Positions 55,759 to 64,000 of a stretch of DNA of 64,000 nucleotides are shown here, in pieces. Position numbers and translations under genes: made by a program. The DNA comes from Elusimicrobiota bacterium (GTDB taxonomy: Bacteria > Elusimicrobiota > Elusimicrobia > UBA1565 > UBA9628): the NCBI GenBank assembly GCA_023249645.1, contig JAHFCF010000006.1, positions 56,124-120,123 of the forward strand. The letters are read 5' to 3'. The stretch's first letter is position 1; each line of letters opens with the position of its first letter. Below the pieces are notes generated by a model that worked only from the letters and a program-made list of their open reading frames with translations, was not told the origin of the DNA and did no database searches.

Positions 55759-56007
55759 CTAGATGAAGTCTCCGCCGCCGTTGATCGTGCCGCGGATGGA
55801 TGAGTGCTCGGAGCTGGCGCTGAATTTCTTGACGATCTCCGGCGGCCAGCCTCCGGACTTCGGGAAGTTCAGCACGTGTCCGGGCTGGAAGGCGTCGTTG
55901 ATGTCCTCCGTTTGGATCGCGAGGAAGATCGTGTTGATGTCGTCGATGGAGAAGCCGGTCTTATGCGCCAGTTCCCCCACGAGGGCGCCGTACCTGGGGT
56001 CGTTCAA
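55759..56007 (-). CDS. Small hypothetical protein (82 aa, TTG start)
   Basis: GC3-rich codon usage on the minus strand, consistent with real coding. No recognisable domain. Start codon non-ATG. Confidence 0.3.
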   Translation of the reverse strand: MNDPRYGALVGELAHKTGFSIDDINTIFLAIQTEDINDAFQPGHVLNFPKSGGWPPEIVKKFSASSEHSSIRGTINGGGDFI

Positions 56008-56089
56008 AAAAACCGGCAGTTCATTGATCGCTCCATGGCATTGTCAGGTCTGAGATTTGCTGTAATCTCCTTCTTCCAGGAGGAAACGA

Positions 56090-56856
56090 TCATGCCGATC
56101 AAGGGCGCTGAGCTGGCGTTGGGCCTGACCCTTCTGTTGTGCGCGCACGGTGCGTGGGCCGAGCCGGCGCATGCCAAGTACGGGCTCTCAGCCGTCCCCT
56201 TGGCCCAGGAGCATTCCTATCTCCAGGATCCCAAGCAGCCGGCGCCGGATTTCTGGAACTTGAACGCCTACTATGTGTCGCAGCCCGATGAGAGCGCCTG
56301 CTCGGCGGCCGCGGTCTCCATGGTCCTCAACGCCTTGCTCAACGCCGAGCGGCCGCGCGGCGATCAGGAACGCAACATCACGCCGGCGGGGCTCCTGAAG
56401 AAGATCCAGGGGGATTGGAAGCCGCGGCTCGCGCCGAAGGGTTTGGACGGCCGCCACGGCGTCACTCTGGGACAGCTCGAGATCTTCCTCAAGGCGGGCC
56501 TCAGCGAATACTCCCGATTCCCATTCATTGTGGAAAGGCATGAGGTCGCGGCAGTCGATGCCCAGGGGCTTGAGCGCCTGCGCGAGGCCCTGCGCGAGAA
56601 CGAGAGGAATGCGCACGACTTCATTCTGCTCCATTTCGTCCAGGACGAACTGACCGGGGCGCCGGGCGGACCGTTCCCCCATGTCTCCCCGGTCGGGGCC
56701 TATGACGCGGTCCGGCGGAAGGTCCTGATCTTCGACGTGGATCGAGATTGGTACGAGCCTTATTGGGTCTCGGATGAGGATCTGCTCCGGGCGCTGGCGC
56801 ATCCCACCAAGGCTTTCGGCCGCGGCGGCGTCCTTCGGGTCGGACGCGCTCCGTGA
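56090..56856 (+). CDS. Secreted phytochelatin-synthase-like protein (peptidase C83 / papain-fold)
   Basis: ATG 56090 with signal peptide (MPIKGAELALGLTLLLCAHGAWA). Sequence YVSQPDESACSAAAVSMVLNAL resembles the PCS catalytic-Cys motif (Q..YCGLASLSMVLNAL). Sequence PHVSPVGAYDAVRRKVLIFDVDRDWYEPYWVS resembles the PCS His/Asp region (HFSPIGGYH..LILDVARFKYPPHWV). The ORF-track 5' extension to 55804 is rejected. Confidence 0.5.
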
Positions 56857-56890
56857 ATATTTTGTATAAGAATATTGATTTCCAGGAAAG

Positions 56891-56917
56891 TTCAGTCAAA
56901 AGTCAAGACCTGACCCC
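56891..56917. repeat. Single-arm copy (TTCAGTCAAAAGTCAAGACCTGACCCC) of the 20039-20093 inverted repeat
   Basis: 27/27 nt identical to 20067-20093. Immediately followed by the AAGGAGG RBS and the ATG of the ferritin-like gene. Confidence 0.8.
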
Positions 56918-56928
56918 AAGGAGGGGCG

Positions 56929-57432
56929 ATGAAACAATCCGCGTTGCCTGAAGTTTTCCAGTTTGCGTTGAAGATGGAAGCCGACGGAGAGAGGCTGTAT
57001 CGGGCTATGGCCGCCAAGACGGCGGATGCCGGGGTGAAGAGCATCTTGAACGGCCTGGCCGACGACGAGATCAAGCATGCGCGCATCATCCGCGAGATGG
57101 CCCAGGGCGCCGTCCCTGAGATGGCGCAGACCCATATCCTGCAGGACGCCAAGAACGTGTTCTCAGGCTTGGACGTGAAAAAAGGCTTTGAAGCCGCGGG
57201 GGCCGATCAGGTCGCGCTCTACCGGCAGGCGCTGGATGTGGAGACCAAGTCGCGGGACTACTACAAGGCCCAGGCGGCGCAGGCCCAGGAGAAGGGCGCC
57301 CGGGATCTCTTCGAGAGGCTTTCCGCAGAAGAGGCGCGGCACATGTTCCTCGTGGACAACATGCTGCAATTCATCCAGCGGCCCAAGATGTGGCTCGAGA
57401 ACGCGGAGTTCAACCACCTCGAAGAGTATTAG
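56929..57432 (+). CDS. Ferritin-like diiron protein (rubrerythrin family, no rubredoxin domain)
   Basis: Two ExxH diiron motifs (DDEIKHARII and EEARHMFLVD). 167 aa. Confidence 0.7.
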   Translation: MKQSALPEVFQFALKMEADGERLYRAMAAKTADAGVKSILNGLADDEIKHARIIREMAQGAVPEMAQTHILQDAKNVFSGLDVKKGFEAAGADQVALYRQALDVETKSRDYYKAQAAQAQEKGARDLFERLSAEEARHMFLVDNMLQFIQRPKMWLENAEFNHLEEY

Positions 57433-58611
57433 TCACAGCACTCGGCACCAAATGACCTTGAGGTACTCTCCTTCCGGAGAGTCGACCGCTACGGGATGAT
57501 CCGGTCCGGCGCCGCTTTTGCGCAGGATCTCCACGCGCCGGCGCGCTGAGCCGGCCGCGGTGCGCAGGGCCTGCAGGAAATCCTCCCAGCCGAGAAGACC
57601 GCTGCAGGAGGCTGTCACGAGGAAGCCGCCTTCCTTAATAACGGAGAGAGCCAGACGGTTTAAATCAACGTATTTCTGCCTTCCGAGCGTATAGCCCTCC
57701 CGCGAGGCGATCATCTTGTAGGGGTCGAGCACGACCACGTCGTAGGTCTGATGGTTGGCCGCCATCTGGCGCAGGTAGGGGAAGGCGTCCACGCAGACGG
57801 TCTCGATGTCGACCTTGTTGAGCCGGGCGTTCTTCTTGCAGAGCTCGCAGGCTTCGGGGTCGAGCTCCACGGCCGTGACCTCCTGGGCGCCTCCCAGCTT
57901 CTTGGCATAGAGCCCGAAACCGCCGGTGTAGCTGCACACATCGAGCACCTTGCGTCCTGGACAAAAGGGCACAAGGGCGCTGCGGTTGTCGCGCTGATCG
58001 CAGAAGAAGCCCGTCTTGTGCCCTGTCGCGAGGTTGACCTCGAAATCCACCCCGTTTTCCGTGACGCGGGTGAAGCTCGGACCGCTGGGCTTGAGCCGGA
58101 AGCCTTCCATGCTCTCGGTATGGCTGCTGGCCCGGTGGAGGAATTTCGCGTTGGGATAAAGAGAGGCCAAGGCTCTCTCGATGCGGGCCGCCTGCTTGAA
58201 CATCCCCAGGGAATAGAACTCGAGCACGAGGAAGTCCCCATAGCGGTCCACGATGAGGCCGGGCAGGCCGTCGCCCAGGTCATGGACGATGCGGTAGGCA
58301 TCGGTCGCGGCGTCGAGCTTGAGGATGTCGCGGCGCAGCTCGACTGCGCGGCTGATGCGCCGGCTGAAGAAGGCCTCAGCGTCGAAGTGCGCTAAATCGC
58401 GGTCCACCAGCCTCAGGGTGATGAGGCTTTTGGGATTGTAGAGGGCCACGCCGTAGGGCGCGTCCGCCTTGTCGTAGACCGCGACCAGGTCGCCCGCCTT
58501 GGCCTTGGGATCGGTCTCGTCGATCATGCGCTTGAAGATGTTGGCCGAGGCCGAGGCGGAGCGCAGCTTGACCCACGGCAGGGGAGAGATGTGTCCGGCG
58601 GGCGCGGGCAT
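57433..58611 (-). CDS. rlmI: Class I SAM-dependent rRNA methyltransferase, RlmI/RlmK-like (PUA + MTase)
   Basis: Sequences VLDVCSYTGGFGLYA (SAM motif I), VVLDPYK, and an N-terminal PUA-like region. Confidence 0.7.
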   Translation of the reverse strand: MPAPAGHISPLPWVKLRSASASANIFKRMIDETDPKAKAGDLVAVYDKADAPYGVALYNPKSLITLRLVDRDLAHFDAEAFFSRRISRAVELRRDILKLDAATDAYRIVHDLGDGLPGLIVDRYGDFLVLEFYSLGMFKQAARIERALASLYPNAKFLHRASSHTESMEGFRLKPSGPSFTRVTENGVDFEVNLATGHKTGFFCDQRDNRSALVPFCPGRKVLDVCSYTGGFGLYAKKLGGAQEVTAVELDPEACELCKKNARLNKVDIETVCVDAFPYLRQMAANHQTYDVVVLDPYKMIASREGYTLGRQKYVDLNRLALSVIKEGGFLVTASCSGLLGWEDFLQALRTAAGSARRRVEILRKSGAGPDHPVAVDSPEGEYLKVIWCRVL

Positions 58612-58613
58612 GG

Positions 58614-60104
58614 TCAGCTCAGGGCGAAGAGGCGGCGGATGCGGGAGAGCAGGTCTCCGCGCGCGTCTTCGAGCCGTCGGCGGCCGGCGTCTTCCTGCAG
58701 GGCCGCGCGCGCGGTCTTCAGCTCCCCTTGGCGCTGGGCCAGGGTCGCCGAGATGCTCACCGCGATCTCCGGCCGCTTTTTAAGGATGTCTTTGAAGTCC
58801 TCGCGCTCGAGCCTGTAGGCGAGCACGTCGCTCAAGGCCACGATGGTCGCCGAGCGCGGCTCGCCGGTCATCAGAGACATCTCGCCCGCGAAGTCGCCGG
58901 GCTTCAGGCGCGCCACGCTGCGCGAGCGTCCGCCTTCCTCCAAACGCACCTCGGCCTCGCCTTCCTGGATGAGGAAGAACCAGTCCGCCGAGCCGCCCTG
59001 GCGGGCGATGGCTTCCGTGCGGGCGAAGGGCGCGGGCTTCAATCGTTGGGCCAGGGTCTCGATCTCCTCGTCGCTCAGGGCCTTGAAGATGTCCACGCCG
59101 CGCAGGGCCTGGCTGCGGCGCTGGAGTTCCGCATCCAGGGAAACGGCCTGCGGCGCGACTGTGAGGCAGCGCGCCGGGACGGCTAGGGAGATGCCGGCGC
59201 GGGTCAGGGCGAAGAAGGCGCGCAGCCGGACCTCGGAGGCGACTTCCTCGGACCGCGCCAGATCGCTCAGCCAGAAGCGGGCTCTATAGGACGCGTGGCT
59301 TGCCGTCAGCGCATTGAGGAGGCAATCCGGCGGCGGGTCAGCGGCCACGCCCGGGGGCGGGTCCTCGCGCAGGGCGGACTCCACGACGCCGATGACCTGG
59401 GTGGGGAGCCGGCCGGCATCAGCCTCGAAGTCGACTTTCATGAGACGAGGAGAGACTCGTCCCTGCCGGCGGCCCAGGACCATGACCACGCTCTTGATGA
59501 GGGTCCCGTTGGGGATGATGACCGTATCTCCGCCATCCGTCTCGATCGTGGTCTGGCGCCAGCGGATCTCGCGGACCACGCCCTCATCGACTCCCATGCG
59601 GATGCGGTCTCCGGGGGAGAGGGAATTTTCCAGGTGCAGGACCATGCCGCCCAGGATGTTGCCCAGCGTGTCCTGCAAAGAGAAGGCGATGACGGCCGTC
59701 ACGACCGCCGAGGTCGCCAGGATCCCGGTGAGGTTGGCTCCCTCGTGAGAGAGCACGGTCAGGGTGATGGCGACATAGGCCCCGGCCAGGATGAGGTCTT
59801 GGATGAGAGCCGCCAGGGTCAGCCGCAGTCCCAGGAGGATGAGGTCGAAGGCGACGGCCGCCGAGGTGTTGACCAGGGCGAGAGCCAGCAGGATGTGAGA
59901 GAGGCCGCGTACGATGCGGCAGAGGCCCGAATCCAGCGGAAGGCCCATGCGGCTGAAGATCGCGGCTGCGAAAAGTCCCGCAGCGGAAATCAGCGCGAGC
60001 AGAGCCGCCGCGGCGACGCGCCGGCGGGTGGCCGGCGCCAGGAGGTAGAGGAATCCCAGCGCGACCAGAAAGAGAGGGATGAACCAGAGATGGAGGAAGT
60101 TCAT
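58614..60104 (-). CDS. MscS-like mechanosensitive channel fused to a C-terminal cyclic-nucleotide-binding domain
   Basis: N-terminal TM helices plus the MscS beta-domain (DRIRMGVDEGVVREI...TVIIPN). C-terminal cNMP-binding motif (GDFAGEMSLMTGEPRSATIVA). Confidence 0.7.
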   Translation of the reverse strand: MNFLHLWFIPLFLVALGFLYLLAPATRRRVAAAALLALISAAGLFAAAIFSRMGLPLDSGLCRIVRGLSHILLALALVNTSAAVAFDLILLGLRLTLAALIQDLILAGAYVAITLTVLSHEGANLTGILATSAVVTAVIAFSLQDTLGNILGGMVLHLENSLSPGDRIRMGVDEGVVREIRWRQTTIETDGGDTVIIPNGTLIKSVVMVLGRRQGRVSPRLMKVDFEADAGRLPTQVIGVVESALREDPPPGVAADPPPDCLLNALTASHASYRARFWLSDLARSEEVASEVRLRAFFALTRAGISLAVPARCLTVAPQAVSLDAELQRRSQALRGVDIFKALSDEEIETLAQRLKPAPFARTEAIARQGGSADWFFLIQEGEAEVRLEEGGRSRSVARLKPGDFAGEMSLMTGEPRSATIVALSDVLAYRLEREDFKDILKKRPEIAVSISATLAQRQGELKTARAALQEDAGRRRLEDARGDLLSRIRRLFALS

Positions 60105-60137
60105 AAGTATATTCTAGCTAAAAGTCCCTAGCCTTGT

Positions 60138-60193
60138 GACTGTGTCCGGACACAGTCACTGATTTTTTGAACCGACTGTGGTCGACCACAGTC
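60138..60193. repeat. Bipartite palindromic element copy 4: GACTGTGTCCGGACACAGTC (60138-60157), 16-nt spacer, GACTGTGGTCGACCACAGTC (60174-60193)
   Basis: The second palindrome lies within the last codons (…LWSTTVG…) of the EndoQ-like gene. The first straddles its stop codon. Confidence 0.8.
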
Positions 60194-61451
60194 CATGGAT
60201 CTTAAAGTCTTCCTCATTCAGCAGGGAGACGGTCCCGAATTCTCCGTCAAAGCCAGGCTGGACTGAGACCTGGCCTGCGCGCATGCGTTTCAAAGCGAGC
60301 GCGAGCAGTGGGTGTCCTTCCTCATCTATTCGGTCGACTGGGAGCTCTCGCAGGATGGAGAATTCGTTGCCGAAACGCTCCAGAAGCTTGTGATAGAGCG
60401 CGTCCACCTTGACGCTTTGCACGCCCACGCGTAGGACCTGGCCCAGGACCTCTTTTAAAGGAAGGAGATGCTCAAAACCCGTACCGCCTCCCGGCTGGGC
60501 GCCTGGACTCCTGTCAGCAAGCTTCATGACGCGGCTCAGGACGCCGACGGTCACCGGCTTCTTGCAGGAGGGGCAAAGGCCGCCTTGCCGCAGGGTCTCC
60601 GCTGGCTCGAGCCGCGCGCCGCACGCACGATGCCCGTCCATATGGTATTTGCCTTCTTCCGGGAAGAACTCGAGGGTCTTTAGGAATCTCTTGGGATCGC
60701 GGCTGCGGATGGAGGAGAAGATATCGGCATAGGAGAGTCCGCAGTCGAAAAGGTTGGCCTCCCGGCCGAGTTTCTCCGGCGAGTGCGCGTCCGAGTTGGA
60801 GATGAGCGCGATGCGGTCCAAGGCTGAGAGCCGCCGATTCATGGGAGGGTCGGAGGAAAGCCCGGTCTCGATGGCGAAGATCTCCTTGGTCAGATCTCCG
60901 AAGCATTCTTCCAGCGTGTCGAAGCCGGATTGCGAACCGAAGACCGCGAAATGAGGCGTCCAGGCGTGAGCCGGGATGAGATAGGCCTCGGACGATGTCT
61001 CGCGGACCAGGGCCAGGAGTTTTTGGGAGTCGAGGCCCAGGATAGGGCGGCCGTCGGACTTGAGATTGCCGATCTTGGCCAGCTTCGCATTGATCTTCTC
61101 GACGACCTGGAAGGAAGGGGCATAGACGAGGTTGTGGACCTTGCGTGTGCGTCCGGCCCTCTTGTAGATGGTCGAGATCTCGGTCTGCAGGAGAAAGCGC
61201 ACCGGAGCCCGGCAGGATGGGGGGACCTTCTGCGCCTTGGCCAGGCCGGGTTTCAAGGAATAGAGTCCAGGCTCCGCCTCCACCAACTTGGACTTGAGTT
61301 CCGCGAGCCATTCTGGATGGGTGAAATCAGCGGTGCCGAGGATCGAGATCCCCTTGAGCTGGCACCAGCGGTGCAGGTTCTCTGGATTCAGCGAGGGGCT
61401 GCAGGCCCGCGAGTAGCGCGAATGGACGTGGAGGTCGGCGATGAGGCGCAT
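60156..61451 (-). CDS. PHP-domain protein with C-terminal zinc ribbon, endonuclease Q-like (TIGR00375 family), tentative
   Basis: Sequence MRLIADLHVHSRYSRA is a PHP metal-binding motif. The length (431 aa) and the C-terminal C-x17-CPSC ribbon resemble archaeal/Bacillus EndoQ. Confidence 0.45.
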   Translation of the reverse strand: MRLIADLHVHSRYSRACSPSLNPENLHRWCQLKGISILGTADFTHPEWLAELKSKLVEAEPGLYSLKPGLAKAQKVPPSCRAPVRFLLQTEISTIYKRAGRTRKVHNLVYAPSFQVVEKINAKLAKIGNLKSDGRPILGLDSQKLLALVRETSSEAYLIPAHAWTPHFAVFGSQSGFDTLEECFGDLTKEIFAIETGLSSDPPMNRRLSALDRIALISNSDAHSPEKLGREANLFDCGLSYADIFSSIRSRDPKRFLKTLEFFPEEGKYHMDGHRACGARLEPAETLRQGGLCPSCKKPVTVGVLSRVMKLADRSPGAQPGGGTGFEHLLPLKEVLGQVLRVGVQSVKVDALYHKLLERFGNEFSILRELPVDRIDEEGHPLLALALKRMRAGQVSVQPGFDGEFGTVSLLNEEDFKIHGLWSTTVGSKNQ

Positions 61452-61455
61452 GGCC

Positions 61456-62646
61456 TCAAGGGTACAGCAGGTATTTTTCGCGGGTCTGGGCGAATCGCCG
61501 CCAGCTTATCTCGTATTCCGACAGGAGGTCTTGCGGGGTTTTTTTAGAGTTGAAAGCGGCCTGGAAGATATTGGCTCCCACCACGTTGGTGGAGCCTGTT
61601 TCCCGCATGTCAAAGCCTTTTTGATGGCGCAGGGCGTAGACAGCATGGACGAATACGTCGAGACTGCGCACCTGGCGGCGGTCGCGGACTTTGAGCGCCA
61701 CCCCGCGGCAGGCGTGGCCGGCATAGGGTTCCTCGCTGGGGGTCCGCTTTTCAACCGCGAAATCCATGCCGGCGATCTTAGCGGCCTTCAAGGCCTTGAC
61801 CACTTTCTTGGCATCCATCCAAGGCGCGCCGAACCAGAGGAAGGGCGAGTCGGTCCCCCGGCCCACGGAGATGTTGGTGGCTTCAAAGCAGCCGATGCCG
61901 GGATAGACGATCGCTGCGTCCAGATCTTTGATGTTGGGAGACGGCGCGATCCAATCGTAGCCGGTCTGGTCGAAGAGCATCTCCCGGTTCCAACCTTGCA
62001 AAGCGATGATCGTCGGCTTCTGGAGTCCTTTCACATCGGCGTTGAGCCGGGCCATCTCCGCCGGTGTGAGGCCGTGGCGCGTCGGCACTGGGAAATAGCC
62101 GGTCGGGTCCTTGGGATCGGGATCCTCCAGGACATGGCCTTCCATCACCGTGCCGCCGATGGGATTGGGGCGGTCCAGGACCACGAATCCTATATGGCGC
62201 TTGGAGGCTTCTTCTTGGGCCATGGCCATGGTGGCGAGATACGTGTAGAAGCGAGTTCCCACGTCCTGGATGTCGAAGACCAGAGTGTCTATCCCGCGCA
62301 GCATCTCATCCGTGGGCTGTTTGGTCTTTCCGTAGAGGCTGTAGATGGGCAACCCGGTCTTTTTATCCTTAGAGTCATCCACCGGCGCGCCGGCTGGTTG
62401 ATCGGCGCGCAGGCCGTGCTCCGGACCGAAGAGCGCGACGAGAGTGAGCTGGTCTGAAGCGAAGAGAACATCGATCGCGCTCCTGCCGGAGCGGTCCACG
62501 GCGGTCTTGTTGGTGATGAGCCCGACCCTCTTGCCCTTGAGCTGCTGGAAGTGGTCGCGCTCAAGGACGTCGAGGCCGCTCATGAAGCCCGAGGCCGGCT
62601 GCGCCGCGCAGAGCGCCAACGAAAGCAGAGGGAGGAAGAGCTTCAT
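61456..62646 (-). CDS. DUF1343 family protein (exo-beta-N-acetylmuramidase NamZ-like), secreted
   Basis: Signal peptide, then GKRVGLITN...LFGPEHG...[17 protein letters not shown], characteristic of DUF1343. Confidence 0.6.
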   Translation of the reverse strand: MKLFLPLLSLALCAAQPASGFMSGLDVLERDHFQQLKGKRVGLITNKTAVDRSGRSAIDVLFASDQLTLVALFGPEHGLRADQPAGAPVDDSKDKKTGLPIYSLYGKTKQPTDEMLRGIDTLVFDIQDVGTRFYTYLATMAMAQEEASKRHIGFVVLDRPNPIGGTVMEGHVLEDPDPKDPTGYFPVPTRHGLTPAEMARLNADVKGLQKPTIIALQGWNREMLFDQTGYDWIAPSPNIKDLDAAIVYPGIGCFEATNISVGRGTDSPFLWFGAPWMDAKKVVKALKAAKIAGMDFAVEKRTPSEEPYAGHACRGVALKVRDRRQVRSLDVFVHAVYALRHQKGFDMRETGSTNVVGANIFQAAFNSKKTPQDLLSEYEISWRRFAQTREKYLLYP

Positions 62647-62702
62647 GCGTGCGTTTGATTCTACAAAATTCGTATCATCTCCCCAGGCACTCAGGAGAGA
62701 CC

Positions 62703-63632
62703 ATGAAAATTGCCGATGACATCACCCAATTGACGGGCCGCACGCCGCTGGTGCGCTTGAAGCGCCTGGCCGCGGGCCTGCCGGCCGAAGTGGCGGTCAA
62801 GCTCGAATCTTTCAACCCCTGTTCCTCGGTCAAGGACCGCATCGGCGTGTCCATGATCGACGCCGCCCAGCAAAAAGGGCTCATCCAGCCGGGGACCGTC
62901 CTCATCGAACCCACCAGCGGCAACACCGGCATCGCTCTGGCCTTCGTGTGCGCGGCGCGCGGCTTAAAGCTCATCTTGACCATGCCGGACACCATGAGCG
63001 TGGAGCGCCGCAAGCTGCTCAAATTCTTCGGCGCCGAGCTCGTGCTCACCCCGGGAGCCGAGGGGATGAATGGGGCCATCAAGAAAGCCAAGGAACTCGT
63101 GGCCGCTGATCCGCGGGCGCTGATGCTTCAGCAGTTCGAGAATCCGGCCAATCCCGACATCCACCGCCGCACCACGGCCGTCGAGATCTGGGACGACACG
63201 GACGGCAAGGTGGACATCGTCATCTCCGGCATCGGCACGGGCGGGACCATCACGGGGGTCGGCCAGGTCTTGAAGAAAAAGAAGCCCTCGGTGCGCATGG
63301 TGGCCGTGGAGCCTGAGGCTTCGCCGGTGCTCTCCGGCGGCAAGGCCGGTCCACACAAGATCCAGGGCATCGGCGCGGGCTTCGTGCCCCAGGTGCTCGA
63401 CTGCGGCGTCATCGACGAGATCGTGAAGGTCTCCAACGAGAACGCGGGCAAGTCCGCCCGCGAGCTCGCCCGCCAGGAGGGGATCCTGGTCGGCATCTCC
63501 TCGGGCGCCGCCCTGTGGGCGGCTTTGGAAGTCGCCAAGCGGCCCGAGAACAAGGGCAAGCTCATCATCGCCATCCTGCCGGACACGGGCGAGCGCTACG
63601 CCAGCACCTGGCTTTTCGAGGAGGCGGCATGA
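62703..63632 (+). CDS. cysK: Cysteine synthase A (O-acetylserine sulfhydrylase)
   Basis: PLP-lysine motif SSVKDR and the glycine-rich loop [10 protein letters not shown]. Start at ATG 62703 (AGGAGAG RBS). The ORF-track start at 62649 is an upstream extension. Confidence 0.9.
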   Translation: MKIADDITQLTGRTPLVRLKRLAAGLPAEVAVKLESFNPCSSVKDRIGVSMIDAAQQKGLIQPGTVLIEPTSGNTGIALAFVCAARGLKLILTMPDTMSVERRKLLKFFGAELVLTPGAEGMNGAIKKAKELVAADPRALMLQQFENPANPDIHRRTTAVEIWDDTDGKVDIVISGIGTGGTITGVGQVLKKKKPSVRMVAVEPEASPVLSGGKAGPHKIQGIGAGFVPQVLDCGVIDEIVKVSNENAGKSARELARQEGILVGISSGAALWAALEVAKRPENKGKLIIAILPDTGERYASTWLFEEAA

Positions 63633-64000
63633 CGGAGAACAACTTTTCCGGAATCGTGGAAGGGCTTTCCGCCCACATCAGCGATCCGACCAGCCCCTTG
63701 CAGAGGCGCCACGCGGAGATCCCCTTGCCCAGCCGCGAGGAGGTCAGCCGCGTGGTCGAGATGCTCCGCTCGGCGCTCTTCCCCGGCTACTCCGGCGCGC
63801 CGCAATTCCCGGCGCAGAACACCTCCTACTACATGGGCGCGACGCTCGACGCCGCGGCCAAGCTCTTGGCCGAGCAGGTGGAAAGGAGCTTCTGCTTCTT
63901 CTGCGAGTCGGGCAGCTGCGCTGAATGCCGCACAAAGACCTCGGAGATCATCGTCGCTTTCTTGAAGACCCTGCCCGAAGTGCAGAGGCTGCTCATGACC
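63629..64000 (+). CDS. Probable serine O-acetyltransferase, N-terminal fragment (gene continues past the window end)
   Basis: ATG overlaps the cysK stop. The N-terminal helical region is consistent with the SAT N-terminal domain. The hexapeptide domain is outside the window, so the call is tentative and rests mainly on cysK linkage. Confidence 0.3.
   Translation, partial: MTENNFSGIVEGLSAHISDPTSPLQRRHAEIPLPSREEVSRVVEMLRSALFPGYSGAPQFPAQNTSYYMGATLDAAAKLLAEQVERSFCFFCESGSCAECRTKTSEIIVAFLKTLPEVQRLLMT

Noticed and set aside
56857-56890. AT-rich segment with AATATT...AATATT inverted repeat after the PCS-like gene
   Set aside because: Short, weak stem without a following T tract. Probably just the 3' UTR or promoter spacer.
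1-64000. CRISPR arrays, rRNA genes, transposase/integrase genes
   Set aside because: Looked for regularly spaced direct repeats, rRNA signatures and DDE/tyrosine-recombinase-like ORFs. None found in this window.

Overview
This is a high-GC window (about 65% GC) from a diderm bacterium (lptD, tolB-pal-cpoB, dsbA and a type IV pilin-like gene are present), probably an uncultivated lineage. Most of it is densely packed housekeeping genes: the AmmeMemoRadiSam system, trxA, polA, a rhomboid protease, coaE, rho, rpmE, prfA-prmC, murA, folC, a ROK kinase, lptD, a dTDP-sugar cluster plus tdk, two two-component systems, tol-pal, ahcY, a xanthine-dehydrogenase-family operon, purSLQ, tRNA-Gln, rlmI and cysK. 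The accessory-looking content is, in order: (i) 1914-13233, a cluster of secreted and membrane peptidase-like genes that includes two tandem paralogs with an HExxH motif, an N-terminal Cys-repeat and a conserved C-terminal ACRIR tail, an M28 peptidase operon, and a 954-aa M48 protease with a large polytopic N-terminal extension; (ii) a small island after tRNA-Gln encoding a caspase-like lipoprotein and a secreted phytochelatin-synthase-like protein; (iii) several families of non-coding repeats. The repeat families are a bipartite CTGT-N8-ACAG palindromic element at five loci, a 24-bp-arm perfect inverted repeat with a second half-copy, CTAGGTC(C/T)/AAAGG motif arrays upstream of -10 boxes, and two cases where the 3' end of a gene (ahcY, purQ) is duplicated on either side of a short structured insert. 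No CRISPR array, rRNA gene, transposase or integrase gene was found. All calls rest on manual translation and motif recognition only; no database searches were run.
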